The position numbers and the translations under genes are program-made. A stretch of DNA of 64,000 nucleotides. Source: Chlorokybus atmophyticus. Its lineage: Eukaryota; Plantae; Mesostigma and Chlorokybus algae. The stretch covers positions 1-64,000 of the forward strand of contig RHPI01002503.1 in assembly GCA_009103225.1 (NCBI GenBank), read 5' to 3'. Positions 10,261-24,735 of this stretch are shown piece by piece; position 1 is the first letter of the stretch, and every line of letters starts with the position of its first letter. The notes beneath the pieces were generated by a model that searched no databases, was not told the DNA's origin, and saw only the letters and a program-made list of their open reading frames with translations.

Positions 10261-12062
10261 ACGAGAGCATACATATATAACACGGCATACACTGCGTGAC
10301 CACATGTGGCTCACTGCCATCTTGCCACCCTTGCCTTGCCTGATGTACCGCTCTCATCCCTGCCCATGTCATTCACGTAATTAGTGCACATAGCTAGTTG
10401 TGCCCTTGCCCTTGCCTTAATTATCTTCTTCGCTGGCTGGTGCTTGTGACTATGGCTTGCTTTTGCTGGGTGTCACTGCTTGTTTGTGGCGTGCACTTTG
10501 CAACTATAACACTTGGAGAGAGTATATACGTCCATCCATTAAGCCCACCACCACGCCCAACCTCTGCTCAGCTATGCTGCAAGTCAAGCCCGCTGCTCCC
10601 TCTGCCAACTCAACCCACGCACTGCTAAGGCTTACATTCACGTAGAGTAGAGTATCAGTATTGTAGGCCAGTGCTGGTGGTAGCGTTGTTGGATACAGTA
10701 TGTAGTGCCGTGGGTGTTTGTTTGTTATGCGCTTAGCATGGAGTGCTAAGATGAATGACTATACACCGTACATAGGGTATACATCATAGTCATTCACATC
10801 TAGACAAACATGCTAGTGCAAAAACATACAACATACGTACGTCTAAACATAATGCAAAAAACGTGTGATGCAAAGAATTGTGAAAACATGTATATCGTGC
10901 AACACATGTCCTTAAATGTGTATGAGCTGTCCAGTGATTCAGATGCATGAGCACACAACACACAACATTCAGGCATGCTAGCCAGCAAAGCAGCAAGGCA
11001 GTGGGCAGACAATTTATGTTAACGTAGGGGCACACTTAGCTAAGTGCTGTAGCTAAGTGCGTGCAATGGCGTGGGCGAGGGCGAGGGGCACAGCAGGGCA
11101 ATCGAGGAGCAAGCAGTAGGCCACACGAGGCGACAGGGTGACTTGCGTTAGGCAGGTGGGCGGAGTGCATAGCATAAAAATAGGACGAGGGAATGGGAGC
11201 GAAATTAGTGCTATATTGTGTATTATAAATAATCGTGCAATATGAATTGAACGCATATTCAAGGGTAAAAACGCTGTATGCACATGGCGCATATCTCCGA
11301 GGAAGCACGTCTTGAATTATGCACATCAATACTTGACACGGATGGTGTGCTTGCAAGGAGGTTGCCGTGTATTTGCTGTACAGAGTCTACTACTTACAAT
11401 TGTTGTTAATATATGCTAGACATGAGTTGCCCACATCTTTCCCTAACTTGTGCATCATGCTCAGAGTTTATTACCTATGTGTTGCTTAACAAAGTAAAAT
11501 CTCTTGTACACATTGTGCACATTGTGCTTGGTGCAAACATAGGCGAACGCGCAGACTCTGTGCAATTGTATACAAAGAGTAACTGCACAGTTTCATCGAG
11601 TTACGCCACAGGCACTGCATTGCGCAGATTTTGAGTCAGTTGCAAGCCCATCAGAGGTGTTTCAACTGCGCAGCGGCACCACACCGGCGCGTGCTTTACC
11701 ATGCACTGCACGGTGCAGCGACCAACCCGCACAGTGCTCACGACAGGTCACCCTGCTCGCATGCACTTCTCCATCATCATCGGGCACAACTGACCTTGAA
11801 GTAATAAACTACAATCACATTTACCTAGTGGCGATGCTGTTCACTAAACTTGATGACAGCAACCCGATCAAGCAACAATACGGTAAGCCTGACCGACAGC
11901 GCATTAACACGAAAAGCTTGACTGAACATTTGACCAAACAAAATAAACAAGAGGTGCTGATGAAGCTGTCAATGTGACAGCATGTTGAGGTGCACGTCGC
12001 AGTCTTCTCCCAGTTTTCCATGCAAACAGATGCTCTCATACCCAACACAAGCACCGCGCAGA

Positions 12063-15000
12063 CTACAATGGAGGTGTAGTCGATCGACGGCCTCGCATCT
12101 TAAATGCGCTGGACTTCTCGTCCGGAGGCGGCAACATGTCGCGGAGGGCGCGCGCCACCGTGCGCGACAGCAACTTCTCTGCCAGGCGAAACGGCACGCG
12201 CACGGCTTGCAGCTTCACTTCATCCGGAAGCTGCACACACCAACGATGAGTATAACAAGTCACACAACAAACCGGTGTGTGGCCAGCACGCCACGCACCT
12301 CGAGTACATCTTGAATATCCTTCGTGTTCAACCCCTGTGCAACATTCACTGCTTCCCTCAGGTAGAATGTCGCCTGCTGAAAGGGCGAGCTGAACTGCAC
12401 AGTGCTGCCATTGGCCATCTGCGGCTGAGCGGTTGTTGTTGTCGATGTGGTCATCGAGTTTCTATATGTTGATGCTGTCATTGTTGTTGGCATTGTTGGT
12501 CTTTCGCTGCGCATTGAGCGCTGGAAGAATGCAACAAACTGTTGTAAGTCTTCCAGGTGCTGTTTGTCCTCTTGGGTGTAGAGGCTTCGCACTCTGGACA
12601 GAGCGGGCGTGGTTTGCGTTGACAGGAAGGAAGGCAAACTCTTGGCAAGGGTGTCGGCGATGCCATCGAGCGCGGCGCGGTTGAGGGCGTCGATGCCCTT
12701 CGTGAGCTCGTCAAGGACGCTCTCAAGGACAAAGTCGCCCTCCTCGCTGAGAGCAAAGCGCAGCGCCGTTGCAAAGCGGCCTCGCTTATCATCTGACGGC
12801 GCCGCGCTCGACATTGAGGGCGTCGTGAACATTGGCCTGTTGGCTTCAGATAGCAGTGAGTCCAGGCGGTCCATACGGAAGCGGCCCCCGTCCGTGTACA
12901 AGATCTCTTTCAGTGTGTCGCGCAGGTCCTGACTTTTGTCCGTCAACAACCTCCGAGCTATCCACGGATACGCCGCGCTGAGAACCTTGTAGTTAGGGTC
13001 CTTGCTCAATGCTATGCCCTCCAGCACAGTTAAGCTTCGGATAATCAACTGCAGAGAATACACACATCAACAATAACCCCCGCGCCACGACCACCACCAC
13101 CAACAACAACCATCACAACCACCACCACCATGAGTACAGCCAACAGCCACACAACAAGCATAATGCATGTAAAGCTTGCTTCGAGGCACTACAAGTGCTT
13201 AATTGCTTCAACTTACTGAGTAGTAGGGAGGTATCCGGAACCGATATCTGAACATGGTGGCCCCGAGATCTCCGGAGAGATCGCTGAAGCTGATGTTGCG
13301 GACTCCTCGTTCCGTGGCCTTTCTGAACACGTCGGTGAGCGCAGGCGCAACCTCATTCAGGTCCACGTCGGCGGGAAGCAGCCCGAGAGTGACAAAGTCC
13401 CGCGCAAGGGCAGCGTACTCCTTATTCACGAGGTGCACCGTAGCCTTCACCAGCGCATTGCGGATGGGCAGGTCCACATCCCCCATCATGCCAAAATCGA
13501 TGTACGCCAGCTGGTCGTCCTTCGTCCTAAGGATGTTGCCCTCATGTGGGTCTGCAGTGCATGCGCATCATCAGCATCCATGGCCTGGCTTGAATAAGCC
13601 TCAAGTCGAGAACCTTTTGACATGGTAGGACAAGGTGTGTTGACGCTACGCGTAATCACAATGCAAATGTCACCTGCATGGTAGAACCCAACGTCCAGCA
13701 GCTGTGACAATGAGCAGTACACGCCGACTTCAACCAGGTGCAAGTCTCTCAGCTTGCTCTCGGGCGTATTGTCTCCCTTGTCCAACCGCTGTCCATCCAC
13801 CCACTGCATGGTAAGGACTCGCGTCGTCGTGTAATCGGTGAACATTAGAGGCACGAACACGTCTGGAAGGTCGCCATAAAGCTCCCTGTTTTTACAGGAC
13901 AAACTAAAATCAGTCTCACAGTAATCGCCAAGACATATAGCCCATCACATTGCCACGCAATAACACCTGACATTGCAAACAACACTGGTAGCACATCATG
14001 TTTGCAAGTTGAATATGAGTGCAATCATCACCTGAATCGGATGCCGTTCTGTGCTTCCTGCTCGTAATCCAACTCTTGGTAGAGAGAAGTGGCCCATTCG
14101 TCCACAATAGCCTGCAGATCGCTGTTGAGCCTTCTCAACTTGGCGGCATAACCGGCCAGGACCCTGATTATGTACACATCCAGCGATATTGCCCGCTGAA
14201 CACCTGGCCGTTGCACCTTTACCGCCACCTTGGTACCCGTTGCACGCAGATAACCGCGGTAAACCTGCCAAGGAACAACAAGTCAAGTCCATCAATGGCA
14301 ACCTGCGGACTGCATGCTTGCCTGCATACATGTACACGCGCGTGCCTGCACATGTGCGCGTAAGCATGCACGGATATGTGCGTGGAAATTGCGAACCCAT
14401 GGCGTGCTGCTTGTGGCCACAAAGGCTGTGGCAGTTTAGCAACGTGTGCTATGAGACAAGACAGCTGCTTTACTGCTTTATACCTGACCCAAAGAGGCTG
14501 CTGCAATAGGCTCAGGGGTAAGCTCTGCAAAAATATCTGAGACTGGAATGCCAAACTCCTCTTTCATCAGAGCCAGAGCATCCCTCGTTGGAAAAGCTGG
14601 CAACCGATCCTGTAGTGACCACATCAATTGAGTGCTGAGTGTATGACTACGGCACGTGTGTGCATTGTGATAAGAGCGAGCACCGCTCACCTGTAACAAA
14701 GTCAGCTCTGCCAGATAGGCAGGCGGGAACACGTCTGGCCTTGACGCCACTGCTTGGCCTATCTTTACATATGCAGGCCCCAGTGCCGTCAACACCTCTC
14801 TCAACCTGCCCGCATTGAGCTTGAAGCGCTGGTCCGCTCCCACACCCCTGAACTCATCCCACCACCTGCATGCGAAACAACACTTGGTATAACACTCCAA
14901 TGTAAGCTACATGCGTGACAAGCAGCTTACTACATTATGCGCACCGGCTCAGGAACCAGCCTCCAAAAGCACCGCCAATCTGCAGCAGCCGGCCGGCAAC

Positions 15001-15754
15001 TGCAAAGGGCCTCGCTTGGTAGTATCGCGCGTTGTCCAACGGGCTGTATGGTCTCCAATCTGTCACCTTTCGCGTCCATCGGACTCTGCAGGGCAATACG
15101 ATCACTACCATCACTCTCGCATGCATGGGATGTGTACTGGAAATAACTCAAGCTTGCATTGGCTCAACACGTGCAGTACAGGTTCTGTAACTGTGCGCAG
15201 GTCCCAATTGAAATGCATAGTGCTTGTCTTCTGACTGCTATCAACCAGTGCATGGCAACATGCAGTTGAGACTTGATAAACAAGCAAAACGCAAGCTACA
15301 CACAGCGAAACGGTGCAAACACCCAGACAGAAGGTCAGAGGACTTGTAGTAATGGTAAGAATGCTTGTCACTATTACCTGGTGCTGTCTATTTGGGTCAG
15401 GACAGTGGCAGTGTCGGTGTCGCCGCGCTCGTTGGCGTCCGTCACTGTGGCGGCGCCGGTAGCCGCAGGTGCTACCGGATCTGCTGTTGCAAATGACGAC
15501 GACGGCAACGACGACGTCCTCAACGAATGCGTCGTTGGCAAGCTAGACGTCCTGGGCACAGTGGACGTCGCAACCACCGGACCTCTCCTCCTCTTCCGCG
15601 CAGCAGCCGAGTGCAGGCTTCTCGCTGGCAGCAGAGGCTTCTCACAAGCAAAGCCATCGCTCTCCCGGGATGACAACGATGACGAGGACGGCGACAGCGA
15701 CGGCGAACTCCGGCAGCACACCGACATGGACACCGGCAGCGCCATGGTTGCCAT
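12063..15754 (-). CDS. ABC1/UbiB atypical kinase (ABC1K family), probably plastid-targeted; multi-exon
   Basis: LGPAYVKIGQAVASRPDV, PEPIAAASLGQVY, VAVKVQRPG, ELDYEQEAQNG, LTMQWVDG, QLLDVGFYHA-DPHEGN, YIDFGM, IIRSLTVLEGIA and YPWIARRLLTD; Ser/Arg-rich transit-peptide-like N-terminus. Confidence 0.93.
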
Positions 15755-15967
15755 GACGCAGTGATGACCTACCATCTACAGCTGAATGCCTTTCATTCTG
15801 TTACCCATGCGCATGCACTTCCACGCACGCTACCGTCTCTACCACCTCCTCCACCTTCACCTTCCCGCCACCGTCGTCGCCAGCGTCGCCACGTGGCGAG
15901 CGAAGCATGCCACTGCAGCAGAGATCAGCGCAGCTGACGTGGGCGCAACAAAGTTTGGGACCAAACA

Positions 15968-15977
15968 TTTAGGGTTT
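15968..15977. promoter_or_regulatory. Telo-box (TTTAGGGTTT) in the divergent promoter; perfect G-box GCCACGTGGC at 15888-15897
   Basis: Motifs read directly between ATG 15754 (-) and ATG 16182 (+). Confidence 0.5.
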
Positions 15978-16181
15978 CTTTTGCGAGCTTGTGCTTCTGC
16001 GCACAAGAGCGCACAAGAGTGTTTGACCGGCACATCACGTGAGGCAGATTGCCGCCGTCCCCTGTGTTCGGCGGCAGTGTTGTGGTAGCTAGTGCTGCTG
16101 CTGCTGCTGTCGTGTGGTTGTTGTGTGTGGGTACTGAGTATTGGTGGCTGACTTGGTGTTTGAATTGCTTGGGCTGCCGCC

Positions 16182-17524
16182 ATGGGCGCCAAGAAGGAAG
16201 CGACCGTCACCAAGAGCCCAAGTGTAAGTTGGGCTCTCAAGTCCTGAGACGTTTCTGACCCCATGTGCCAATGCCTCTTTTGCATTCACAAATTCTCAGC
16301 TTCTGCTTCCAAAACAACAAATCCATTCTTTGCTGTCTCTCATCTCCTCAGCACAAGAGCGTGGGCGGCGCTGGGTCCCCCCAGCGCGGTAAGGGTGGAG
16401 CCGGCGCGGGTGGTAAGGGCGACAACGCCGTGGTGGACGACGCCAACTGGCGCCAGCGCATCCGCAGCGAGTACGACTCCGCGGGACGGTGGCAGAAGGA
16501 CTGGGGGTTCCTCGCGCCAACCACGTCCTCGTCGACGACTGAACTCACAGCAACAGCTGCTGATGCGGAATCACAAGTGAGAGACATCAGATGCATATTG
16601 CGCAGAATTGTCTAAGAAGCGAGCAATGTGCAGGAATGCAATGGCTCTGCTGTCACAGCCTTCTTGGTGTTATGCAATGTATCCCTCCTCACTCAGGCGA
16701 GATAGAAGCCGAGAGTGTGTGTGCGCTCGCGCGTTTGTGTGCGTGCGTGCTGGCGTGCACGCACCCACACCCACACGTATTCACACAGAGTGTCTCAACC
16801 ACAACCTGTCTCCCTCTCTTACAGTATTACTCTGACTCACACGCTCACATTCTTACAAGGACACATGCACACGCGCACACCCACACAGCATGCACGTGAG
16901 CGGACAACGTGCACACGCACACTCACGCGCACACTCGTTCGCTCACTCGTTCACTCAGTCGCTCAACAACCACGCATCCACTGCTTCATCCACTCTCTCA
17001 CTCGTCTGCTCGCTTGCTCTCTCCGTTGTGTGCAGTACGTCTCATCTCGGCGGGCAGCCATGTCGAACGACCCCCTGGCGCGCGCTCTGGTGGAGGAGCT
17101 GCGGACGGTCGGAGGCGTGGACGTGGAGGCGCACGAAGAGGAGGTCGACAGCTTCGTTACCACGTACACGCGCCGCCTGCTCAAACGCCCGCCGGGTAGG
17201 CTTGCTGTTAATGTCGCGCGTGCGTGTGTGCATGTGTGCGTGCATATGTGCGCCCGCACACGTCTTTCATGCGTGTGCGTCCATGTATGCACGCACACGC
17301 TTTTCGGGTCCTGTGTGCCTGTGTATGTGCGAGTGTGCGTGCCAGTGCGCTCCATTTGCTGCATATTGTTACTCACTCTCGTGTGTTTGTCTCTGAACGC
17401 TGTTGCCACAACAGGTGTGCCGAAGGAGAGATTTGACAAGCCCGTGCTCAGCTCGCACGAGGTCGGGTGGAGAGCAGGCAAGCCACTGGAGATATTTGGG
17501 CGCTTGTCATGTGCATTGCGGTAG
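16182..17524 (+). CDS. Small ciliary microtubule-inner-protein-like (C20orf85/C2orf50-like) protein; exons 16182-16223, 16352-16576, 17036-17195, 17415-17524
   Basis: Consistent splice phases. Motifs DANWRQRIRSEYDSAGRWQKDWGFL and PKERFDKPVLSSHEVGW (PxSSxEVGW-type repeat). Confidence 0.6.
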
Positions 17525-18699
17525 GTAGTGTATGGTTAGTCTTGGGTAGTGCTTTACATTCTGCCAGCGAAAGCTGGAGTAGCGCAGCTAAAGCGATATA
17601 CCTTACCCAGTTCCCAACATGTCCTGTACACGTGTTGTGTGTTCATGTGCACGTGCGCGAACCTGTTCACGCGTGCCTGTGTGCCATGGGGTAGGGGCGC
17701 GCATGATAGACACCAGTATGCTGACATGAGACTAGGCTTGGCTAGAGAGCCAGTGATGCTACCAGCCGAATGTGTACATATGTGCATAACAGAGTGCCTG
17801 CTTGCAAGTGACACTGCTGTGTGCAAAAAAGGGAAACTTGCTTGATCTGTCACAGGCTTAAGCATGCTAACAGGATGTCGAAGTGTACAAGCGTAAGGTG
17901 TCATGTTGCAACTACATGAATGCTTGTCCTTATTTTACAATCCATCCTACCCAACGAGCGTCAACTCTTCATTATAGAATATCAGCTGGCAGTGTTCGGA
18001 ATCAAGCACATGTCAAGTCACTCACGCACAACAAAGCTAGAGTTCTCAGGGCAGTCGCGTCACCTGACCTTGCTCTGGAACGCGTGCCATGATGCTGTAG
18101 CTTGCTTCTGTGCACATGTGTGTGACGTTCACACAAGCATACCCTGCAGGCACAGCCTCCTGCGTCATCACTGCATAACTGATCAACTGCTGCTCCCTAC
18201 ATGCATGTCCTGTTGTCCATCATTCATTTCTTATTGTCAACAGTTGGTCACCACCTCCACTGTTGCCAATGCTGGCCTTGAGTTGCATTCGACACCTAGC
18301 TAGCCCTCCAGTGTACATTTAGACTGCTTGCAGCGTGCCTGGCTGGAGTGTGACACTACTGTTGGCATACGCTGCGAAATATAAATGTGTAGAGTAGCAC
18401 AGCAGTTGGGCAATTGCATGCACAAGCTTAAAGTATACAAGCTCAAGACCGCGACATCAGCAGAGCACACATGGGCTCTACATGTAGCAGCATATCCCTT
18501 TTGTACTAAGGGGTATGACATGCGTGTGTGCCGATTGGCAGACTCTCAGCATAAATACAAACAATCAGTTATTAACAGCGACCTGCCAGTTGCACACAGT
18601 GGAAGCTGTCATTCTAGTCCAACACCCGCTAACAGCAGCAAATGTACCTAGCATCAACCGCAAAACCACAAGTTGATTCAATTACACCAAGAGCAGGGC

Positions 18700-21026
18700 T
18701 CAAAGGGAAAGGCTCTTGATGGCGCATTTCGCAGCGAGAGAAGCTCGGCTTTCTTCGAGATGCGCCATCCCGAGGTTGAGCCGCTCCACTGTGTCGAGCT
18801 TCTCCATTGCAAGGAGGCGGCGCTGCAGCAGCTTGTGCGACTCTGCTGGCGACGCCCCTGCCATCCAGTGACAGTAAGTTAGCCCATAGACTCCTGCAAT
18901 TGTTCTTTGCTTGATCAATGTACACAACAGCCAATTCTGCTAACTGGTTGTACACCTAATGCATGTTGCATGGGATCGCATCCAAGCTGGCAGTCGGCAT
19001 CCATTGACAGCAGTTTCTCACCAGGAACAGCCTGCAGCACTGCAAAAGACAATCTCTGAGCCCGGAGCAGCTGCGCAGCCGTGCTCTCGGCATCCATGCC
19101 CTTGAGCGCTTCTTCAGCCCAGCGCAAACACTTGTCTAGATCAAGCTCCTTCTCTTTTCCATCCTGCAAACAATCAATACGTGTAAAATTGCATCATTTA
19201 TGTTCTGGCTGCTCATTTGCCTGGTCACTGCTTCGTACCTGCAGTTTATGCGACAGCTCTTGCACGTCCGGCACCAACTTTTCAAGCACACGTGACAGCG
19301 TCACAATGGACTCTGCGTCTGCTGGTACAACGTCTTCTATTTCCTCCACTACCCCTCTAAGATACGGCTGCATCTGTGGCCAACATTGGTGTTTGTGTTG
19401 GTGTTTGTGTGGTGTGCATGACAAACACAAGCAAAGCCACTACCGTCAAACTCTCAAGCATACTCATTAAGAACAAAAACACACACACAGACTTGCGTGT
19501 ATGCGTGTGCAGTACATTACACCTAGCAAAGCTATTGATGCTACCAGTTACCTCCTTGAACGAGTTCAGCTTTATGCGCCCAATGCCTTGAATCTGCACC
19601 ATGGCGCCAACAGAAACCTTCACAACCTGCGCGCTGGTCATCAATAATTCATTCATGCGTGCAACAGCGCGGCTAGGAGGAACATACAACAAACATACTC
19701 AACCCACCCACCTTGGTAATGACCGACAGACAATTGTGCACCGCCACATACGACCCGCCTCCCCCTTCCGACTCTGTAGCCATTGGTTCAACAACTACGT
19801 GTGCAAACTGCCGATCCGGCTGAGCCAACACCTGTATGTGCACAGCAAACGAAATATCTCTTTATGTACTCCACAATGCTCTGCCCTTGTAATAGAACCA
19901 GATGCACACACATCGGTTCGCTTGTGACGCGCATACCTCATCCAGAAATGCAAGATAACGCGCTTCATACAGATGCAGAGTCTTCTGCATTCCTGGCAGA
20001 AACACCTGCGAACGCAAAACCTTGCACTTGATTGCAGAGAAATAATAGCCATGTGGCCATCAGCAAGTTGATGCTTACAGCGTCAGTAGCTGCATACTAC
20101 TACAGATGCTGCACTTACCAGGTTAACTCTAAACTAAATTGCATGTGTGACTAACCAGCATATGTCCAATCAAAAAGAAATGCAGCTGCCTTCCCGCCAA
20201 CAAGATTACCTCATTTGGAGGGAACGGCAAACACGGAAGCTCCCTGGTACCTGTGTGAAATTGTGTCAGCAATTGTGGTCAGTGGACGCGCGGTACCGTC
20301 CCTCGCAGCATGCATGGGACAAACTGCACTCTATATGCTCTATGTGCATCACGGAGATATGAATGTCGATTGTGTTGCCGAACTATAGACCGGCAATACA
20401 ACATGCCAGCAGGCCAATGGGACTGGTATGTATGTTGACCAAAACAGTCAAGTAATAGAACTGTGGACTGCATGTTTTGCAACAATTGCAACAATCGCAA
20501 CAATTCCTGGATAGCTTTGACACCAGCACACCAACCCATGAACCCTACAATACACGCAAGACCTACATGGGAATGCATCTGGAGTACAACAGTAGCAAAC
20601 AGACATAGCAAATTGAAGCAACGACTTACAACGTAAGAAGAAGCAATACTTAAACACATAGGGACGCAGCAAGTAATAGAATTGAAAAAATAGCTGGGCA
20701 ATGCAGCAGGCAATGAAGTTGCCTTCACACAACAGCGAACCTGACACAGTCCCGCTGCCTGCCGCAGCCACAGGCCTTCTCCTCCTCCTCCTTCCCGGCC
20801 TCCTGCCAGACCATAGAGGCAGCAGCTCTGCCTGCCACAACGACGCTGATGATGGTGACGGCAAGCTGCTACTACTCCTGCTTGGGTTGTGGAGTGCACG
20901 AGCACTGCCGCTTGATGGTGGTCGTCTCCTACCTGCAGCAGCTGCACGAGAACATGCAGCAGGCGGAGGCAGCGTCAGGCATGACGGCGACGCCATCGCA
21001 CACATCGCCGCCCACGCCGCCGCCAT
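18700..21026 (-). CDS. LON peptidase substrate-binding (LON-N/PUA-like) domain protein, plastid-targeted; multi-exon
   Basis: Spliced ELPCLPFPPNE-VFLPGMQKTLHLYEARYLAFLDE, VGAMVQIQGIGRIK and PYLRG; C-terminus ERLNLGMAHLEESRASLAAKCAIKSL; transit-peptide-like first exon. Confidence 0.8.
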
Positions 21027-21471
21027 CTTCACCTAAGTAACCCCGACGCAGTGTTCAGTGCAGCAGCCCCAGCGGCGGCGGCGGTGTAGGCGGCGGTGGT
21101 ATGGAGGTGGAGCTGCAAGTGGACATGTTTACACTCTCTGCCTGAGCCGGTACAGGAAAGCAGCATGCTGAGACTATGCACAATCAACCCACTGGAATTG
21201 TCGCCTTGCACTGATGGGCAGCCGCTGAAACGGCTTTGATTGAAACATGGGTTATTTGCACAGCTCGTTTGCACCCGAACCCTAGCATGGCTCAAGCACG
21301 TGCACATGCGCATGGTCCTCAACGTTGGCAGTATGCGTACAGTTCATGCGTTGATTGTACTAGAAGATTAACGTGTGGAGCACTTTTGTCATTGCTTTTT
21401 GCCCGGTTCTGTGAAATACGTGTTGCTCTTCCAGCACGACGAGTTACTTTGCAGGCGAAGTTTACATCAAC

Positions 21472-23523
21472 ATGGAGGCATTCGCTTGCGTATTGTCGGC
21501 CAGTGTTACACTGGAACGTTTGCAAAGGCCCAAACTGACACTCAGACGAGGCACGCACACAAACCGGCTGCTCATTCAGCGAAGCAGCAACCATAGCTGT
21601 CATTCAAGTGGCGAAGCATTGCGCGCAAGGTGTTACACTGGCGACACTCCACCACTGCTGGTTGTCATCGGCGGTGGCGCCGCCGGTGTTTTCGGTGCCC
21701 TGCGCGCGAAGGAGCTCTGCCCCGCACTGGACGTAACTGTTCTCGAGAAGGGTGCACCACTCAGCAAGGTGCTGATTGCGCTGCTATTGTAGCGGTTGGC
21801 GTTTTGCATTCTGCGTTAACAGCTGTGCTTTTTTACTCACCAGGTGAAGGTGTCTGGCGGCGGCAGATGTAATGTTACAACCGGCCTGCCTCTTTCGGTG
21901 CTAGAGCTTGCGGGAAAGTACCCAAGGTATGTGTGCGAGCACACGCAGTGTGCATGTGCGCACATGCGTGCATGTAAGTAATAATGCCGCGTGTGCGCGG
22001 TCTTGTGCATGCGTGTACGTGTGCAAGCGCCCGCACATGCGTGTTGGTTGTGCTCACTTGCAGTCTGTGGCAGAGGGCACAAGGAGCTGCGTGGGAAGTT
22101 CTTCAGGACATACGGGCCTGCAGACACCGCCGAGTGGTTTGTCAAGAGAGGAGTGCAACTGAAGACGGAAGTGGACGGCCGCATGTTTCCCATCACCGAC
22201 TCTTCATCCACCATCATCGACTGCTTGCTATGCGAGGCACAGCGGCTGAATGTGCGCCTGCAGACGGGCACATCCGTGGGTAACATCTGACTTCAACTCT
22301 GACTCACCTTTATGAGTCACGCATGCTTACGGACAACACTGAGAAAAGTTTGATTACTTATACTGATTGTATTGCTTGCAGGTTCAGTCACCAAAACAGC
22401 CCCCGGCTTTGGAGTGTCCATTACGTCCAAGTCCCGCAATGCTGAGCCCCTGGCAGCCAACTATGTGTTGCTGGCATCAGGGAGTGCAGTGTCGGGCCAC
22501 CGCATGGCCGAGTTGCTGGGGCACACCATCGTGCCGCCGTGCCCCAGCCTGTTCACCTTCTGCATAAATGACCCCAAGCTGACCGCACTCGCGGGTACAA
22601 GCTTTCCGCACGTTACCGCGAGGCTGCAAGTGGCAGGGAAGAAGGCGCAACAGCAGGCGAGTGTCTAACCATCCATGACATTGCACGTTTTGCTCGCTCA
22701 GCTTGCTTTGAAACCCAACAACAAACATCCAACATGTTGCATCTGCTGCAGGAAGGCCCGCTGCTCATCAGTCACTGGGGCTTAACCGGCCCTTGCATCC
22801 TGAAGCTCTCCGCATGGGCCGCGCGGGAGTTGCACGACAGCATGTACAAAGCAGAGCTTCAGGTTGACTTTGTGCCGATTTTGACTTCAATGGAGATCAG
22901 TTCCATGCTATTCAACACAATGCGCTCGGCGCAAGGATGCGCGGGGAGCTTCTGTCCTTCAAAGCTAGCGCTCACGCGCCGCTTCTGGTGTTATGTTCTT
23001 GAGTCTGAAGGCATCGACCCGACCAAAACATGGCGATCGATGCCGGAGAAGGTGCTAAAACGAGTCGCGGAGAAGTTGAAGCGCTTCCCTTTTGCTGTTA
23101 CTGGGAAAGGGGTGTTTAAAGATGAGTTTGTGACAGCTGGAGGAGTGACGCTAAAGGTGAGCAGACCCAACATGTGTTATTTTCGTACTGGTTGGCATAT
23201 CAGGTGTCTGCTGCGTTTGGTTGATCACACGGTTATTTCAATCAATGAAGGAGGTAAACATGAACACCATGGAGAGCACTATTGTGCCAGGGCTGTATTT
23301 CGCGGGTGAGGTGGTCAACATTGATGGCATTACAGGTGGCTTCAACTTTCAGGTAATGCGGTGGTGTGTCTGTGTAAGAGCGTGTCATGGTTGTTGCCTC
23401 CATTGCGAGTGTAGCTCATGCGCGGGCCTCGTGCAGAACGCTTGGACTGGCGGCCACATCGCAGGCACAGCCATTGCAACGCACACCATGGAGCAACTGC
23501 AGTTGTCCTTGGCACATGGTTGA
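21472..23523 (+). CDS. HI0933/BaiN-family FAD/NAD(P)-dependent oxidoreductase
   Basis: [90 protein letters not shown]. Confidence 0.93.
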
Positions 23524-24735
23524 CTGCGCGCGGGAGCTGCTGACACGCCATCACACTATCCATGCGAAGCATGTGCGCAAGTTCATGCAGTCTAGATATG
23601 CATCCTTGTGGCGGCCAGCAGTGTGTGCGTTCATGAATGCTTAGAGCAACCATGCGCAGTGCGTCAGGCGCTCTGCAACCAAGCACACAATGGCGTCCAA
23701 ACGGCGTTGAGCATTGCGACAAGCAGGTACTCCCAACCACAGGCGTGATGCTTGCATGCCATGCTTTAGTACTTGACACAACTGTCTTGACAATATTGTG
23801 TTGACGAGCCGAGCGTACAACTGTGCCGCATTGTGTGTCTGACAAGAGGCTGCATGGCAGGCAACATGAGCTCCTTTCAACTTGCACTTCTCCCAGCTGC
23901 GCGTCAATTGGTGAGGGCACTCATCACACACAACACACCGCAATTCCTGCTGGAGTAATCCATGGTGCTCAATGCTACGCATGCATGCCAGCAAGCATTT
24001 GTGGCGACCATAACCTGGCCTTGGGCGATCCGCTCAACTGTTGGGAGCCACAGCACTGAAACGCAATATGGCGACTGAGGCTGTGACAAGTGCTGCTCCA
24101 ACTCATTGATGCAAAGCAGCTGCAATGAGTTGCTCATGGCGGCTGTTTTGTCAGCGGCAATGACAAAACTGCTAAAACTGTTATATTGCCACTTAAGTGC
24201 GTGGTCGTACGAACCTGAGAGCTGTGTCAGCTATTGCACAGCATCAAGCCTTGTACTGCTAAGTGGCTGCTCGTCCAAGCCTTCTATGAGGCACTGCGCA
24301 TGATACAGCTTTGACTCAATCTATCTACTTGACATACATGCTAGCTTCAATCGTTTCTGGTGCATGCGGGCCTACTATGACACAAGGCACCTGGCAAACA
24401 TAAGGTATGCAGAGTTGCTACAATGGATCAGTAAACTGAACGACAGCCCGTAACATAGCCTATGCAGTTGACATGTCAGCACCAGAGTGTGCATCAATGC
24501 TATGTATATCCAGAGGTTTGTATCTACGATGGTGATGGAATTGTGTGTATTGCGGGCCTGTTGCGCATGCAAACTTTTGAAGGTTGCACCTATGTCTTTG
24601 CCTATGTCCTGAGTTGTAATACTGGTGAAGTGTGTAATCGTTGTGCGGTAGCAAGTGCCAGCTCCTCCTATACACCCTACTTCACGCCGCCCTTCACAAT
24701 TGCAACAGGAGGTAATAATAGGTGCGTCCTTGATC

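Noticed and set aside
9995-10372. Poly-Pro/poly-Gly ORFs and a potential G-quadruplex
   Set aside because: These are translations of a poly-G run containing NNN. The length is probably a sequencing or scaffolding artefact.
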